Origin: Oscillospiraceae bacterium
GTDB lineage: Bacteria > Bacillota > Clostridia > Oscillospirales > Ruminococcaceae
Direction of reading: 5' to 3'
Length of the DNA: 56,895 nt
NCBI GenBank assembly: GCA_009778605.1
Contig: WRJN01000001.1
Coordinates: forward strand, 1-56,895
Below the pieces are notes generated by a model. It was not told where the DNA came from. It ran no database searches and saw only the letters and a program-made list of their open reading frames with translations. Below, one piece after another: positions 33,683 through 43,419 of the stretch. Each line of letters starts with the position of its first letter. Position 1 is the first letter of the stretch. Both the position numbers and the translations under genes were made by a program.

Positions 33683-34879
33683 ATGCAACACACACAACCT
33701 CCGACCAAACAAGAACTGCTCGCGCGAATCGAGAAGCTGTACAACGCCGTCAACAGCCGCTACTCAGACTGGGGGGCGGCGTTCATCGTGGACAAAGTAA
33801 ACCAGTATTACTTCATGGGGACAATGCAGGACGGTGTGTTCATTCTCACATCAAGCGGTGATTACGCCTACTGCGTCCGCAACAGCCACGAACGCGCAAC
33901 CATCGAATCGCCGCTTGACAACGTATATCCCATGAGCGGCTATAAAGACGCCGCCGACATCGTAGGCGCGGACGTGGGTGTCGCGCTCATTGAGAGCGAG
34001 GTCATGCCCTGCGCCATGCTCGAACGGTTAAGCAAATATTTCAACATCAGCGATACCGCGCCCATTGACGCGATTGTACGCACTGTCCGCGCAGTCAAGA
34101 GCGCGTATGAGTTGGCAATCATGGAGGAATCGGGGCGACATCACCAAACGCTCATGCAAACGGTCATTCCGCGGCTGTTACGGGAGGGAATGAGCGAGAC
34201 GGATTTGACGGCGGAACTGTTTCGCGAAACAATCAAGATGGGGTATCATGGCGTGTCGCGATTCTCAATGTTTCAGACACCCTGCGCGCTCGGGCAGTTC
34301 GGGTTTGGCGAAAACTCACTGTATCCCACCAACTTCGACGGTGCGGGCGGTATGAAAGGAATGTCCGCCGCAGTCCCGCTAATCGGCGACAGAGCGCGGA
34401 CGCTCAAAAAAGGCGACTTGGTGTTTGTGGACATTGCCTACGGTATAAACGGCTATCATACCGACTGTACACAGATGTATATGTTCGGCGCGGAACCGAA
34501 TGAGCAGACGTTGAGATTACACAGGCAGTGCTTGCAGATTGAGTTGAACATGGCGGCGAAGCTCAAACCCGGTGCAATTCCGTCGGTGTTGTATAATGAA
34601 GCAATGGACGCATTAGACGACGAGTTCAAAGCCAACTTCATGGGATTCGGCGAACGGCGCGTGCGCTACATCGGGCACGGTATAGGCTTGTACATTGACG
34701 AATACCCCATCATCACAAACGGATTCGACGAGCCGTTAGAAGAGAACATGGTTGTCGCCCTTGAACCCAAACACGGTTTGGCAGGCGTAGGGTTGCTCGG
34801 TGTGGAGGACACCTACGTAGTAACGCCGCAAGGCGGGCGGTGCTTGACTGGGGGCGAACGAGATATTGTAGTAGTGTAA
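33683..34879 (+). CDS. M24 / Xaa-Pro peptidase family protein
   Basis: RAVKSAYE, VDIAYGINGYHTD, GHGIGL, EPK, GVEDT. Confidence 0.9.
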   Translation: MQHTQPPTKQELLARIEKLYNAVNSRYSDWGAAFIVDKVNQYYFMGTMQDGVFILTSSGDYAYCVRNSHERATIESPLDNVYPMSGYKDAADIVGADVGVALIESEVMPCAMLERLSKYFNISDTAPIDAIVRTVRAVKSAYELAIMEESGRHHQTLMQTVIPRLLREGMSETDLTAELFRETIKMGYHGVSRFSMFQTPCALGQFGFGENSLYPTNFDGAGGMKGMSAAVPLIGDRARTLKKGDLVFVDIAYGINGYHTDCTQMYMFGAEPNEQTLRLHRQCLQIELNMAAKLKPGAIPSVLYNEAMDALDDEFKANFMGFGERRVRYIGHGIGLYIDEYPIITNGFDEPLEENMVVALEPKHGLAGVGLLGVEDTYVVTPQGGRCLTGGERDIVVV

Positions 34880-34909
34880 GAAGTTTTAACAATTAAAGGA
34901 GCGTCTATT

Positions 34910-35710
34910 ATGAGTAAAAAACGCATAACATCGCTGTTTATAGCAGTCGTGTTCCTCGTCACGGCGATTGGGCAAGTGAATGCCGCCGAAGAGAATCCGA
35001 TGCCCTGCGAATTCTGCGGCGCAATCGGCTGTACAGTGGTTGCGTGGGGTAAAGATAATAAGCCTGAATTTATTGAAGCGTTGCAGATTTTTCGCGTAAT
35101 CAGTGGACTGCCGCTGGCTGATGAAATACGTGATAAGGTGCGGTGTGCCTCTTTACGGCTTACTGCCGATTCCCCTGCAGATGAGAACGCGCGCTTAATG
35201 GAAGCGGCTCATATGATTTTGCTGTTTAGTATTAAACTACCCAACACTCTTAACGGCACAATGCAACCCAGTACCTACTGCGGCGACTGTAAAAAGTGGA
35301 ACAATCCTACTTATAGCGGTTCACTGGCAAGCCAAGATAGGACGCTTCCGCTTAGCGAGTGGGTTTGTCTGTGCAACCGCTGTTACACGTTCGTGGACGG
35401 CAAACCCTGCCTCACGGAATATGGCGGCTGTAACTGCCCTGCAGTGGGAGACGTGAACAACGACGGCAGAATCAATACGGCGGACGCATTACAGGTTCTG
35501 CGGCATTTAGTGGGGGCGTCAAGCAAAGTCGGTTATGACAAAAGCGGTGAAATTAACCAATCGTGGAATGCGGCGTTAGTCGTGGGATACGGTGACGAAA
35601 CGACACGGTATGAACGCCGAAGAAACGGCAACAAAGTCACCATGAGCGACGCATTACAGATTCTGCGCTACTGCGTCAACCTCAGCAGCGAAATTCCCTC
35701 TCGTAAATAG
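34910..35710 (+). CDS. Secreted dockerin-domain protein with Cys-rich linkers
   Basis: Signal peptide; GDVNNDGRINTADALQVLRHLV and MSDALQILRYCV. Confidence 0.82.
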   Translation: MSKKRITSLFIAVVFLVTAIGQVNAAEENPMPCEFCGAIGCTVVAWGKDNKPEFIEALQIFRVISGLPLADEIRDKVRCASLRLTADSPADENARLMEAAHMILLFSIKLPNTLNGTMQPSTYCGDCKKWNNPTYSGSLASQDRTLPLSEWVCLCNRCYTFVDGKPCLTEYGGCNCPAVGDVNNDGRINTADALQVLRHLVGASSKVGYDKSGEINQSWNAALVVGYGDETTRYERRRNGNKVTMSDALQILRYCVNLSSEIPSRK

Positions 35711-35930
35711 GCTTTTTCAGTAGAAGTATACAAAGAAAGTCTACAGAGGTTTTGCATAAATCGACAGTATTCTACAGCGAGTAATGACAAAAGCCGCACA
35801 AACTCACAGAATCGGTCATTGAGTCAAATGTTCATATTTGGCGAAAAAATACCCTATTTGTACAAATTGTACAAAAATGCCCGTCAAACAGAGGTTGACA
35901 TTTACAAACTCATCGGGTACAATGGTAAGT

Positions 35931-36938
35931 ATGAGTAATACTGCTAAAATATTCAATATATGGATTTTCATGTTTCGGTTCAGATATGAACAATTCCTGC
36001 GTGTCATGCGCCGCCACAAGATGTGGCGCAAGAACGTAGCTGTGGGGGCTGTTACGGTGCTGTTGTCGCTGATGACATTCGTGTCAATGACGGGGGTTCT
36101 GCTTTTTGATGACTGCACGATTATTACCGCCGACGGCGTGACGCGCAAGTTCTTCAGCAAGGGCGAATTAAGCAACCCCGAAGCGATTCTGAGTGAGCAT
36201 GGCTACTGCGTTGACGAGTTTGACGTGGTGGTGGTCAAGGGCAACACGATTACGGTGATTCGCGGTGATGACGTTTTTATTCCGTCAGAGGGCAGCACGT
36301 TTATCGTGAACGGCGTGGAATTCCGCGAACGCGTTTACACGGAAGCGATTGCGTATGACACGGTGTATGAACAGTCCAAGTTAGTCGCGCTGAACGACAC
36401 GGTTGTAACCACGAAAGGCGTAAACGGAGAGATGAAGTTCGTGTTCCGCGAGAAGTTGGTGGACGGCGAAGTCGTTGCGTCAGAGGTGTTGTACAGCGGC
36501 GTGACTGCCGAACCTGTCACCGAGGTTGTTTCAAGCGGATTAGCACTGCATACGCCTATGAGCAAGCGGGATTTCCCCGAAATTCGCTTAGAAAACGGCT
36601 TACCTGTGGATTATGTCAAAAAGATTTCGGGCAGAGCAACCGCCTACACTGCACCCGCCAACGCGCGGACGGCTACGGGGCGTCCGTTGCTGATTGGGAC
36701 AGTCGCGGTTGACCCGCGCAAGATTCCCTACGGCTCGTTGTTGTACATTGTGTCCTCCTGCGGCAATTACGTCTACGGTGCGGCAATCGCCGCGGACACA
36801 GGCGGGTTCATCAGCCACGGCAACGGCGTAATCGCAGACTTGTACATGGGTACGACGTCACCCTCCACGCTCAAAGACGCATTCGGCTGGGGCGTACGCG
36901 GGATTGATATTTACGTGATTAACACAGGGATATACTGA
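35931..36938 (+). CDS. G5- and 3D-domain cell-wall protein (Sps/YabE-like)
   Basis: TM helix, G5-like segment, ATAY, VAVDPRKIPYGS, AADTGG, DLY; ATG 7 nt after TACAAT. Confidence 0.85.
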   Translation: MSNTAKIFNIWIFMFRFRYEQFLRVMRRHKMWRKNVAVGAVTVLLSLMTFVSMTGVLLFDDCTIITADGVTRKFFSKGELSNPEAILSEHGYCVDEFDVVVVKGNTITVIRGDDVFIPSEGSTFIVNGVEFRERVYTEAIAYDTVYEQSKLVALNDTVVTTKGVNGEMKFVFREKLVDGEVVASEVLYSGVTAEPVTEVVSSGLALHTPMSKRDFPEIRLENGLPVDYVKKISGRATAYTAPANARTATGRPLLIGTVAVDPRKIPYGSLLYIVSSCGNYVYGAAIAADTGGFISHGNGVIADLYMGTTSPSTLKDAFGWGVRGIDIYVINTGIY

Positions 36939-36964
36939 AGCATTCGTAAGAAAACACAAGACCG

Positions 36965-36993
36965 TTGACAATTCAACGGTTTTGTGCTATGAT
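36965..36993 (+). promoter_or_regulatory. sigma-A promoter driving a short transcript
   Basis: TTGACA-N17-TATGAT. Confidence 0.6.
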
Positions 36994-37032
36994 AGATGTT
37001 ATTGTAAAAGTACGGACAACAACAAAAGCAAA

Positions 37033-37072
37033 TAGCCGTACCCTCGCCTAAAAGTGTACGGCTACTTTTTTT
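37033..37072 (+). terminator. Intrinsic terminator hairpin
   Basis: TAGCCGTAC...GTACGGCTA followed by T7. Confidence 0.7.
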
Positions 37073-37136
37073 AGCTTAACATCTTGAGGGACAACCGCAC
37101 CATGACATAATGGTGTGCCTTGCCGCTACATATTAT

Positions 37137-37299
37137 TAGACCTGTCCGAAAATCCGTTCGCGGCGATTTTACACACGGATTTTCCGATATACTGCGTTGA
37201 GTTTTCTTGTAATGCACAAAGCGTTACTGCGAAAACTCGCCTTGTCTACCGAAAAATCCGCGTGCAAACTCGCTCGCTCAGAATTCTCGGACAGGTCTA
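37137..37299 (-). mobile_element. Family C element, copy 4
   Basis: IR TAGACCTGTCCGA / TCGGACAGGTCTA; core on the minus strand. Confidence 0.85.
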
Positions 37300-37345
37300 T
37301 TATATCACACATTTTTTTATGTCAAGTGTTTTTTGAAAGGTTTTT

Positions 37346-40174
37346 ATGGCGAATAAGAAAATTATTATCAGAGGGGCGCGGGAACACAACCTCAAAAACG
37401 TAGACCTTGAGCTACCGCGGGACAAGCTCATCGTCATGACAGGGCTGTCTGGTTCAGGCAAGTCATCGTTGGCGTTCGATACGATTTACGCAGACGGTCA
37501 ACGGCGATATATCGAGAGCCTGTCGTCCTATGCGCGGCAGTTCTTAGGTCAAATGGAAAAGCCCAATGTAGACAGCATTGAGGGGCTTTCCCCCGCTATA
37601 TCCATCGACCAGAAGACGACTTCGCGCAACCCCCGCTCAACGGTGGGGACTGTTACCGAAATCTACGATTATCTGCGTCTGATGTATGCGCGAATCGGCA
37701 TTCCCCACTGCCCGGTTTGCAACGTGGAAATCAAACAGCAGACGATTGACCAGATTGTTGATAAAGTCATGGAACTGCCCGCACAAACGCGAATCCAAGT
37801 CATGGCACCCATTGTGCGCGGGCGCAAGGGGGAGTACACCAAAGAGTTACAGGCTCTCCGCAAACAGGGTTATGTGCGCGTACGCATTGACGGTATTATC
37901 TATGAGTTAGAAGAAAAAGTCAAAATCGACAAGAATAAAAAGCACGACATTGAAGTGATTATCGACCGCCTTGTAGTAAAGCCCGACATTCGTTCGCGGC
38001 TGACCGACTCTATCGAAATTGCAGGGAGCCTTGCAGGCGGCACGGTGTTCATTGACGCGGGAGGCGACGAGGTGATGACATTTAGTCAAAACTACGCCTG
38101 CCCTGTCCACGGAACGAGCATTGACGAGCTGACCCCGCGAATGTTCTCTTTCAACAACCCTTTCGGCGCGTGTCCGAAATGCACGGGGTTGGGCGTATTC
38201 ATGCGCGTTGACCCTAACTTGCTTATCCCGAATAAAGACTTGACGATTCGTGAGGGGGCAATAAAAGCAATCGGTTGGAACTACGCCGACGGCACAATCT
38301 GCCAAATGTATCTTGACGGATTAGCAAAGCATTACGGTTTTGATGTGGATACTCCTGTCTGCGATTTGTCCGACGAGGTTATGGACATTCTTCTGTACGG
38401 CACGGGCAAAGTTAAAGTCAAAGTCAAGCGCGTTATGGAACGCGGGGCAACTTATTATGACACCACTTTTGAGGGATTCGTAACCAACCTTGAGCGGAGA
38501 TACCGCGACACCTCCAGCAACTATTCGCGGGACGAAATCCGCCAGTATATGAGCGAAGTCCCCTGCCCTGATTGCAACGGAGAACGGCTGAATTCGTCGG
38601 CATTGTCGGTAACTGTCGGCGGCATAAATATCCACAAATTCTGCATGATGAGCATTTCCGACGCCCTTGATTTTACGCGCAAACTCACCTTTTCGGAGCG
38701 AGATATGGTCATCGCCGAGCCGATTCTCAAGGAAATCAAAGAACGCCTCGGGTTCCTCAAAAGCGTGGGGCTTGAATACCTCTGTTTGTCGCGCGCGGCA
38801 GGTACGCTGTCGGGCGGCGAGAGTCAGCGAATCCGATTAGCAACACAGATTGGCAGCTCGCTCATGGGCGTGCTGTACATTCTTGATGAGCCCAGCATCG
38901 GGTTGCATCAGCGGGACAACGACAAGCTGATTGCGACGCTTAAACGACTACGCGACTTGGGCAACACTCTCATTGTCGTCGAACATGACGAGGAGACCAT
39001 GAACGCCGCCGATTATATCGTTGACATCGGACCGGGGGCAGGGATTCACGGAGGGCACATCGTTTGCGCGGGCAAAATGTCGGCGATTAAGACTTGCAGG
39101 GAGTCTGTTACAGGGCAGTATCTATCAGGGAAAAAGCAGATTCCCATTCCTGAAACACGCCGACCGTTGGATAAGTCACGAACTTTAACGATTATGGGGG
39201 CGCGCGAAAATAACCTGAAGAATATTGACGTACGGTTGCCTCTCGGCGTGTTCAACTGTGTCACGGGCGTGTCGGGGAGCGGCAAAAGCTCACTCATCAA
39301 TGAGATTCTGCACAAACATTTAGCCAACCGCCTCAATCGTGCGCGGACACGCCCGGGCGCGTTCGGCAAGATTTTGGGGACGGAACACCTTGATAAAGTT
39401 ATCGACATTGACCAGTCTCCCATCGGGCGTACGCCGCGCTCCAACCCTGCGACGTATACGGGCGTATTCACCGATATTCGGGATTTATTCGCCTCTACTA
39501 CCGAAGCAAAGATGAAAGGTTACTCGTCGGGGCGATTTTCGTTCAACGTCAAAGGCGGGCGGTGTGAAGCGTGCGAGGGGGACGGCATGAACAAAATCGA
39601 GATGCACTTCCTGCCTGATGTATACGTTCCTTGTGAAGTCTGCAAAGGTAAACGCTACAGCCGCGAAACTCTCGAAATCCGCTACAAAGGCAAGAACATT
39701 TATGACGTTTTACAAATGACCGTGGAGGAGGGCGTAGAGTTTTTCGCACCGATTCCGCGCATTGCAAAGAAACTTGAGACCCTCCGTGACGTGGGGTTGG
39801 GTTATATCCGTATAGGACAGTCGGCGACTACGCTGTCAGGTGGGGAAGCACAGCGCGTGAAATTAGCCACTGAGTTGGCAAAACGCAGTACGGGGCGAAC
39901 GATTTATATTCTTGATGAGCCTACGACAGGTCTGCACACTGCCGACGTTCACAAGTTGGTGGAAGTTTTGCAAAAACTAATCGAAAGCGGAAACACCGTA
40001 GTGGTGATTGAGCATAATCTTGACATGATTAAAACCGCCGATTATATCATTGACTTAGGGCCGCACGGCGGAGATAAAGGCGGGTTAATCGTCGCGCAGG
40101 GAACGCCCGAGGAAGTAGCCGCTTGTAAAGGCTCGTTCACAGGGGAATACTTGGCGAAAACGCTTGCAAAGTAG
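37346..40174 (+). CDS. uvrA: Excinuclease ABC subunit A
   Basis: GAREHNLK, two GxSGSGKS motifs, LSGGE, zinc fingers. Confidence 0.98.
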   Translation: MANKKIIIRGAREHNLKNVDLELPRDKLIVMTGLSGSGKSSLAFDTIYADGQRRYIESLSSYARQFLGQMEKPNVDSIEGLSPAISIDQKTTSRNPRSTVGTVTEIYDYLRLMYARIGIPHCPVCNVEIKQQTIDQIVDKVMELPAQTRIQVMAPIVRGRKGEYTKELQALRKQGYVRVRIDGIIYELEEKVKIDKNKKHDIEVIIDRLVVKPDIRSRLTDSIEIAGSLAGGTVFIDAGGDEVMTFSQNYACPVHGTSIDELTPRMFSFNNPFGACPKCTGLGVFMRVDPNLLIPNKDLTIREGAIKAIGWNYADGTICQMYLDGLAKHYGFDVDTPVCDLSDEVMDILLYGTGKVKVKVKRVMERGATYYDTTFEGFVTNLERRYRDTSSNYSRDEIRQYMSEVPCPDCNGERLNSSALSVTVGGINIHKFCMMSISDALDFTRKLTFSERDMVIAEPILKEIKERLGFLKSVGLEYLCLSRAAGTLSGGESQRIRLATQIGSSLMGVLYILDEPSIGLHQRDNDKLIATLKRLRDLGNTLIVVEHDEETMNAADYIVDIGPGAGIHGGHIVCAGKMSAIKTCRESVTGQYLSGKKQIPIPETRRPLDKSRTLTIMGARENNLKNIDVRLPLGVFNCVTGVSGSGKSSLINEILHKHLANRLNRARTRPGAFGKILGTEHLDKVIDIDQSPIGRTPRSNPATYTGVFTDIRDLFASTTEAKMKGYSSGRFSFNVKGGRCEACEGDGMNKIEMHFLPDVYVPCEVCKGKRYSRETLEIRYKGKNIYDVLQMTVEEGVEFFAPIPRIAKKLETLRDVGLGYIRIGQSATTLSGGEAQRVKLATELAKRSTGRTIYILDEPTTGLHTADVHKLVEVLQKLIESGNTVVVIEHNLDMIKTADYIIDLGPHGGDKGGLIVAQGTPEEVAACKGSFTGEYLAKTLAK

Positions 40175-40180
40175 GCGCGC

Positions 40181-40903
40181 TCATATATAGTGGATTGAAA
40201 TACCCGACAAACTGCATCGCCCCGTAATAGTGAGCGTGGGCGAATCGTCAGTAGGCGAATGCCGCCCACTTGCATCAACACCGCCGAGCACGGCAGATAT
40301 GTTGTTCTGCACTTCCCACGTACGCGGAATGTACAGCTCAATACCCGAGAAACTTGCGTCAACGTACAGCGTCGCGCCGTTTGGGCTGAGTGTCGCGCCG
40401 TCAAAGTATGCCACAATCGCGCCGAATTCGGCTTTGAGGTAGGCTTTTTCGAGACTGTCCGACACGAAATACTTCGTACTGCGCCCGAACTTAACCGTAC
40501 AAGTCGTGCCGTCGTCGCTCTCATAGACGTTGCCGAAATTCTCGCCGTTATCATCTATATCGCCAAAATCAAACTTGCCGATTTTCACGATACCGCGATT
40601 ACGCGGAAACAGGACGTAAAAGCCGATTGTCAGCAGAACAGCCGCCGCAATAATAGGGAACGGTACGAGCTTATCGGGAACGCCGAGCGACTTTGCGAAC
40701 ACGACTAACAGCACCGCCGCAGGAATGAACACGCCGCCGAAACTAAGGTGCAGCAAACTCTCGAACATAATCGGCGTAACAATAACCAGGCATAACATGG
40801 GAACGAAACTTAACCACCCATATACCGAGTTGGCAAGAATTAACCCCGCTGCTCCAAGCAGATACAACCCCCACGCGACTTTTCTTATCATATTTTTTTT
40901 CAT
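40181..40903 (-). CDS. LiaF/DUF2154-like membrane protein (LytTR system inhibitor)
   Basis: Four N-terminal TMs and a C-terminal ASFSGIELYIPRTW beta domain; downstream of LytTR. Confidence 0.8.
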   Translation of the reverse strand: MKKNMIRKVAWGLYLLGAAGLILANSVYGWLSFVPMLCLVIVTPIMFESLLHLSFGGVFIPAAVLLVVFAKSLGVPDKLVPFPIIAAAVLLTIGFYVLFPRNRGIVKIGKFDFGDIDDNGENFGNVYESDDGTTCTVKFGRSTKYFVSDSLEKAYLKAEFGAIVAYFDGATLSPNGATLYVDASFSGIELYIPRTWEVQNNISAVLGGVDASGRHSPTDDSPTLTITGRCSLSGISIHYI

Positions 40904-40933
40904 AATAATAGACCTCCTTTTGGCTACACTCTT

Positions 40934-41007
40934 AAACTCCGAGCGACAGCGACTTTCAGCCGCTTTTTCGCCGCTCTCCGCAGGTTTGGCAAAGCCAAAC
41001 CTTTGGC
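40934..41007 (-). mobile_element. Family B repeat between LytTR and the LiaF-like gene
   Basis: AACTCCG...CTCCGCAGG..GGCAAAGCC..CTTTGGC; direct repeat TTTGGCTACACTCTT at 40919-40933 and 41002-41016. Confidence 0.8.
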
Positions 41008-41462
41008 TACACTCTTTGGTTACTCAAGACGTATTTCAATTCCTTGAAATACATTCTTGAAACGTAGATTTGCTTGTGGCTATCGTGAAACTTCACGAGA
41101 CCGGGCGAGGTGATGTTGCGATTGACGGACAGAATGTGCCGCACGTTGACAATGGTTGACTTGGACACACGTACGAACGGCGGAGGCAGAATCGCCTGCA
41201 ACTCATACAGCTTGCGCGACGTGCTGTAGACATCGTTGCGAGTGTGCGCGTAAACCGTATCGTCGGACGTTTCAAAGAACATCACATCGTCGAGCGGTAA
41301 GTAAAACTCGGACTTGTCTTTGTAAAACGCAATGTCGGGCGGTTGCACGGTTTTTGCCTCAATCGTCTTGTGCAGATTGACGATTGTAGGCGTCAACTCG
41401 CGACAACGTATGACAATCTCGTCTTCCGTCATATTTGAGTCCACTTCGATTCGCAGTTTCAA
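41007..41462 (-). CDS. Stand-alone LytTR family regulator
   Basis: KLYEL, FVRVSKSTIVN, VSRMY. Confidence 0.9.
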   Translation of the reverse strand: MKLRIEVDSNMTEDEIVIRCRELTPTIVNLHKTIEAKTVQPPDIAFYKDKSEFYLPLDDVMFFETSDDTVYAHTRNDVYSTSRKLYELQAILPPPFVRVSKSTIVNVRHILSVNRNITSPGLVKFHDSHKQIYVSRMYFKELKYVLSNQRV

Positions 41463-41527
41463 ACTATTTACACCTCCTGACTATCATCAGTATAGCACAT
41501 AACTTTTCAAAATAAAACCCCTTTTGG

Positions 41528-41557
41528 GTGAGTGGTAACTTTTCGGGTGTAAGCGGT
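41528..41557 (-). promoter_or_regulatory. LytTR direct-repeat binding site
   Basis: ACCGCTTAC-N12-ACCACTCAC upstream of an extended -10 TGCTATACT. Confidence 0.7.
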
Positions 41558-41564
41558 AAAAATC

Positions 41565-41590
41565 AAACGGCGGCTTGTTTAGCCGCCGTT
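41565..41590 (-). terminator. Terminator after the ROK kinase
   Basis: AACGGCGGCT-tgttt-AGCCGCCGTT. Confidence 0.65.
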
Positions 41591-41610
41591 GTTATGTTTA
41601 GAACGTGTTC

Positions 41611-42576
41611 TCACTTACACAGTGCCGCTCCGATAATTCCTGCATCGTTGCCTAACTCACAGATTGCAATTCGCGTATTCTTATCGGACGTTTCGCGCGA
41701 ATACACCTGTTCGCCCACTAACTTTTGCAACGGCAACAACAGCTTATCGCGCTCACCGCAGATTCCGCCGCCTATACAAACAATATCAGGCTGGAAAATG
41801 TTGATGACGTTGGCGATTCCGCACGCTAAGTAGGCAATGTACCGTTTCACGACTTCCGCGCCTGCCGCGTCGCCTGCCGCGGCGGCTTCCCACGCCGTCC
41901 GCGCACTGTCTTTTCCGTATTTCTCCCTGATAGCGTGCATGAGGCTGTCGGGGTTCGCCGCCATAGCCGATTTAGTCATACGCACCAACCCTGTCGCCGA
42001 GGAGTAAGACTCGAAACAACCGACTCTCCCGCAACCGCAGACGTGTCCGTCGTTATCGCGCGCGTCTGCCGAAATCACCATATGCCCTAACTCCCCCCCC
42101 GCGAAATTTTCTCCGCGCAGGATTTTTCCGTCAATGATGATGCCCGAACCCACGCCTGTCCCGAGTGTAATCGCTACTGCCGAATTCGCGCCCTTTGCCG
42201 CGCCTGCGACGAATTCGCCGTAAGCGGCGGCGTTGGCGTCATTCTCGATGACTACGGGGGAAATACCCGTGAGCGTCTGTAAGTCTTGCACTAACGGGAC
42301 GTTGCGCCAGCCTAAATTCACGCACAGCTCAACTTTGCCCGTGTCTTTATTGCAACAGCCGGGTACGCCTACACCGATTTGCACGATTTCTGCGGCGTTC
42401 GTGCCTGTATGCGCTAACGTGCTTTGAATTAGCGCGGCGGTATTCGCCGTCACAGTTTCGTAGCCTGAATCGCTGTTGGTTTTGATGGACTTTTTGTGCA
42501 AAATCGCCCCAGATTCGTCCACTATTCCGCAAGCAATATTTGTTCCGCCTATATCCACGCCTATGTATTTTTTCAT
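41611..42576 (-). CDS. ROK family sugar kinase (glucokinase-like)
   Basis: DIGGT, ENDANAAA, GTGVG, GELGH, CGCGRVGCFE. Confidence 0.9.
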   Translation of the reverse strand: MKKYIGVDIGGTNIACGIVDESGAILHKKSIKTNSDSGYETVTANTAALIQSTLAHTGTNAAEIVQIGVGVPGCCNKDTGKVELCVNLGWRNVPLVQDLQTLTGISPVVIENDANAAAYGEFVAGAAKGANSAVAITLGTGVGSGIIIDGKILRGENFAGGELGHMVISADARDNDGHVCGCGRVGCFESYSSATGLVRMTKSAMAANPDSLMHAIREKYGKDSARTAWEAAAAGDAAGAEVVKRYIAYLACGIANVINIFQPDIVCIGGGICGERDKLLLPLQKLVGEQVYSRETSDKNTRIAICELGNDAGIIGAALCK

Positions 42577-42665
42577 GTTTTAACCCTCCTATGCTCAATA
42601 CTGCTTATTGTACCATAAAAAGGCGATACTGTCAACAGTACCGCCTTATATTATTTTTTGTTGCT

Positions 42666-43322
42666 TTATTGTATGCAATGTTCGTAATTACGTTCGGCGA
42701 ACGTGCCGTTGAATACCGCGAACCAGTCGTCAATATACGATGCACGGTCGTTATAATGCTTGAGGTAGTATGCGTGTTCCCACAAGTCAATACAGAACAG
42801 CGGGCAGAAACCCTTAACAATCGGCGTGTCCTGATTATACGTCGGCAGGATTTTGAGTTGACCGCGCCTGCTCGTCACCAACCACAAATACCCTGAGCCG
42901 AACAAGTCTAACGCGCTTGCCTTGAACTGTTTCTTGAACGCCTCCCAACTTCCGAATGAGCGGTCGATTTTGATTCCTAATGCACAGTCAGGCATGGGCG
43001 GCGTTTCGGTCGCATGAGGCGTCATGGAGCAAAAGTAGTATATGTGGTTATACACACCGCCGCCATTGTTACGGACTGCTGTACGAATCGCGGGCGGCAA
43101 CACGTCAGGGTTGCACAACAACCACTCTAACGTACGGTTATGCAGCTCGGGAAAAGGCGCGAGAGCGGCGTTGAGCTTGTCTGTATACGTTTTCAAGTGG
43201 CGGTCATGGTGTAGGTGCATGGTCAACGTGTCGATATGCGGCTCAAGCGCGTCATACTCATACGGCAACGCGAACAGCGCGAATTCATAGGTCATACACT
43301 TGCCTTGTTTTTGCATAATCAT
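42666..43322 (-). CDS. sodA: Fe/Mn superoxide dismutase
   Basis: LPYEYDALEP, HHDRH, NNGGGVYNH, DLWEHAYY. Confidence 0.93.
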   Translation of the reverse strand: MIMQKQGKCMTYEFALFALPYEYDALEPHIDTLTMHLHHDRHLKTYTDKLNAALAPFPELHNRTLEWLLCNPDVLPPAIRTAVRNNGGGVYNHIYYFCSMTPHATETPPMPDCALGIKIDRSFGSWEAFKKQFKASALDLFGSGYLWLVTSRRGQLKILPTYNQDTPIVKGFCPLFCIDLWEHAYYLKHYNDRASYIDDWFAVFNGTFAERNYEHCIQ

Positions 43323-43419
43323 TCCCCCTAAAAGTTTTATACTATCTTAATCATAGTATGAAACTTTCAGGGGGAATAGAACTATTAAAATTTGCGTTGC
43401 GCCGATTACTTATTTTTTA

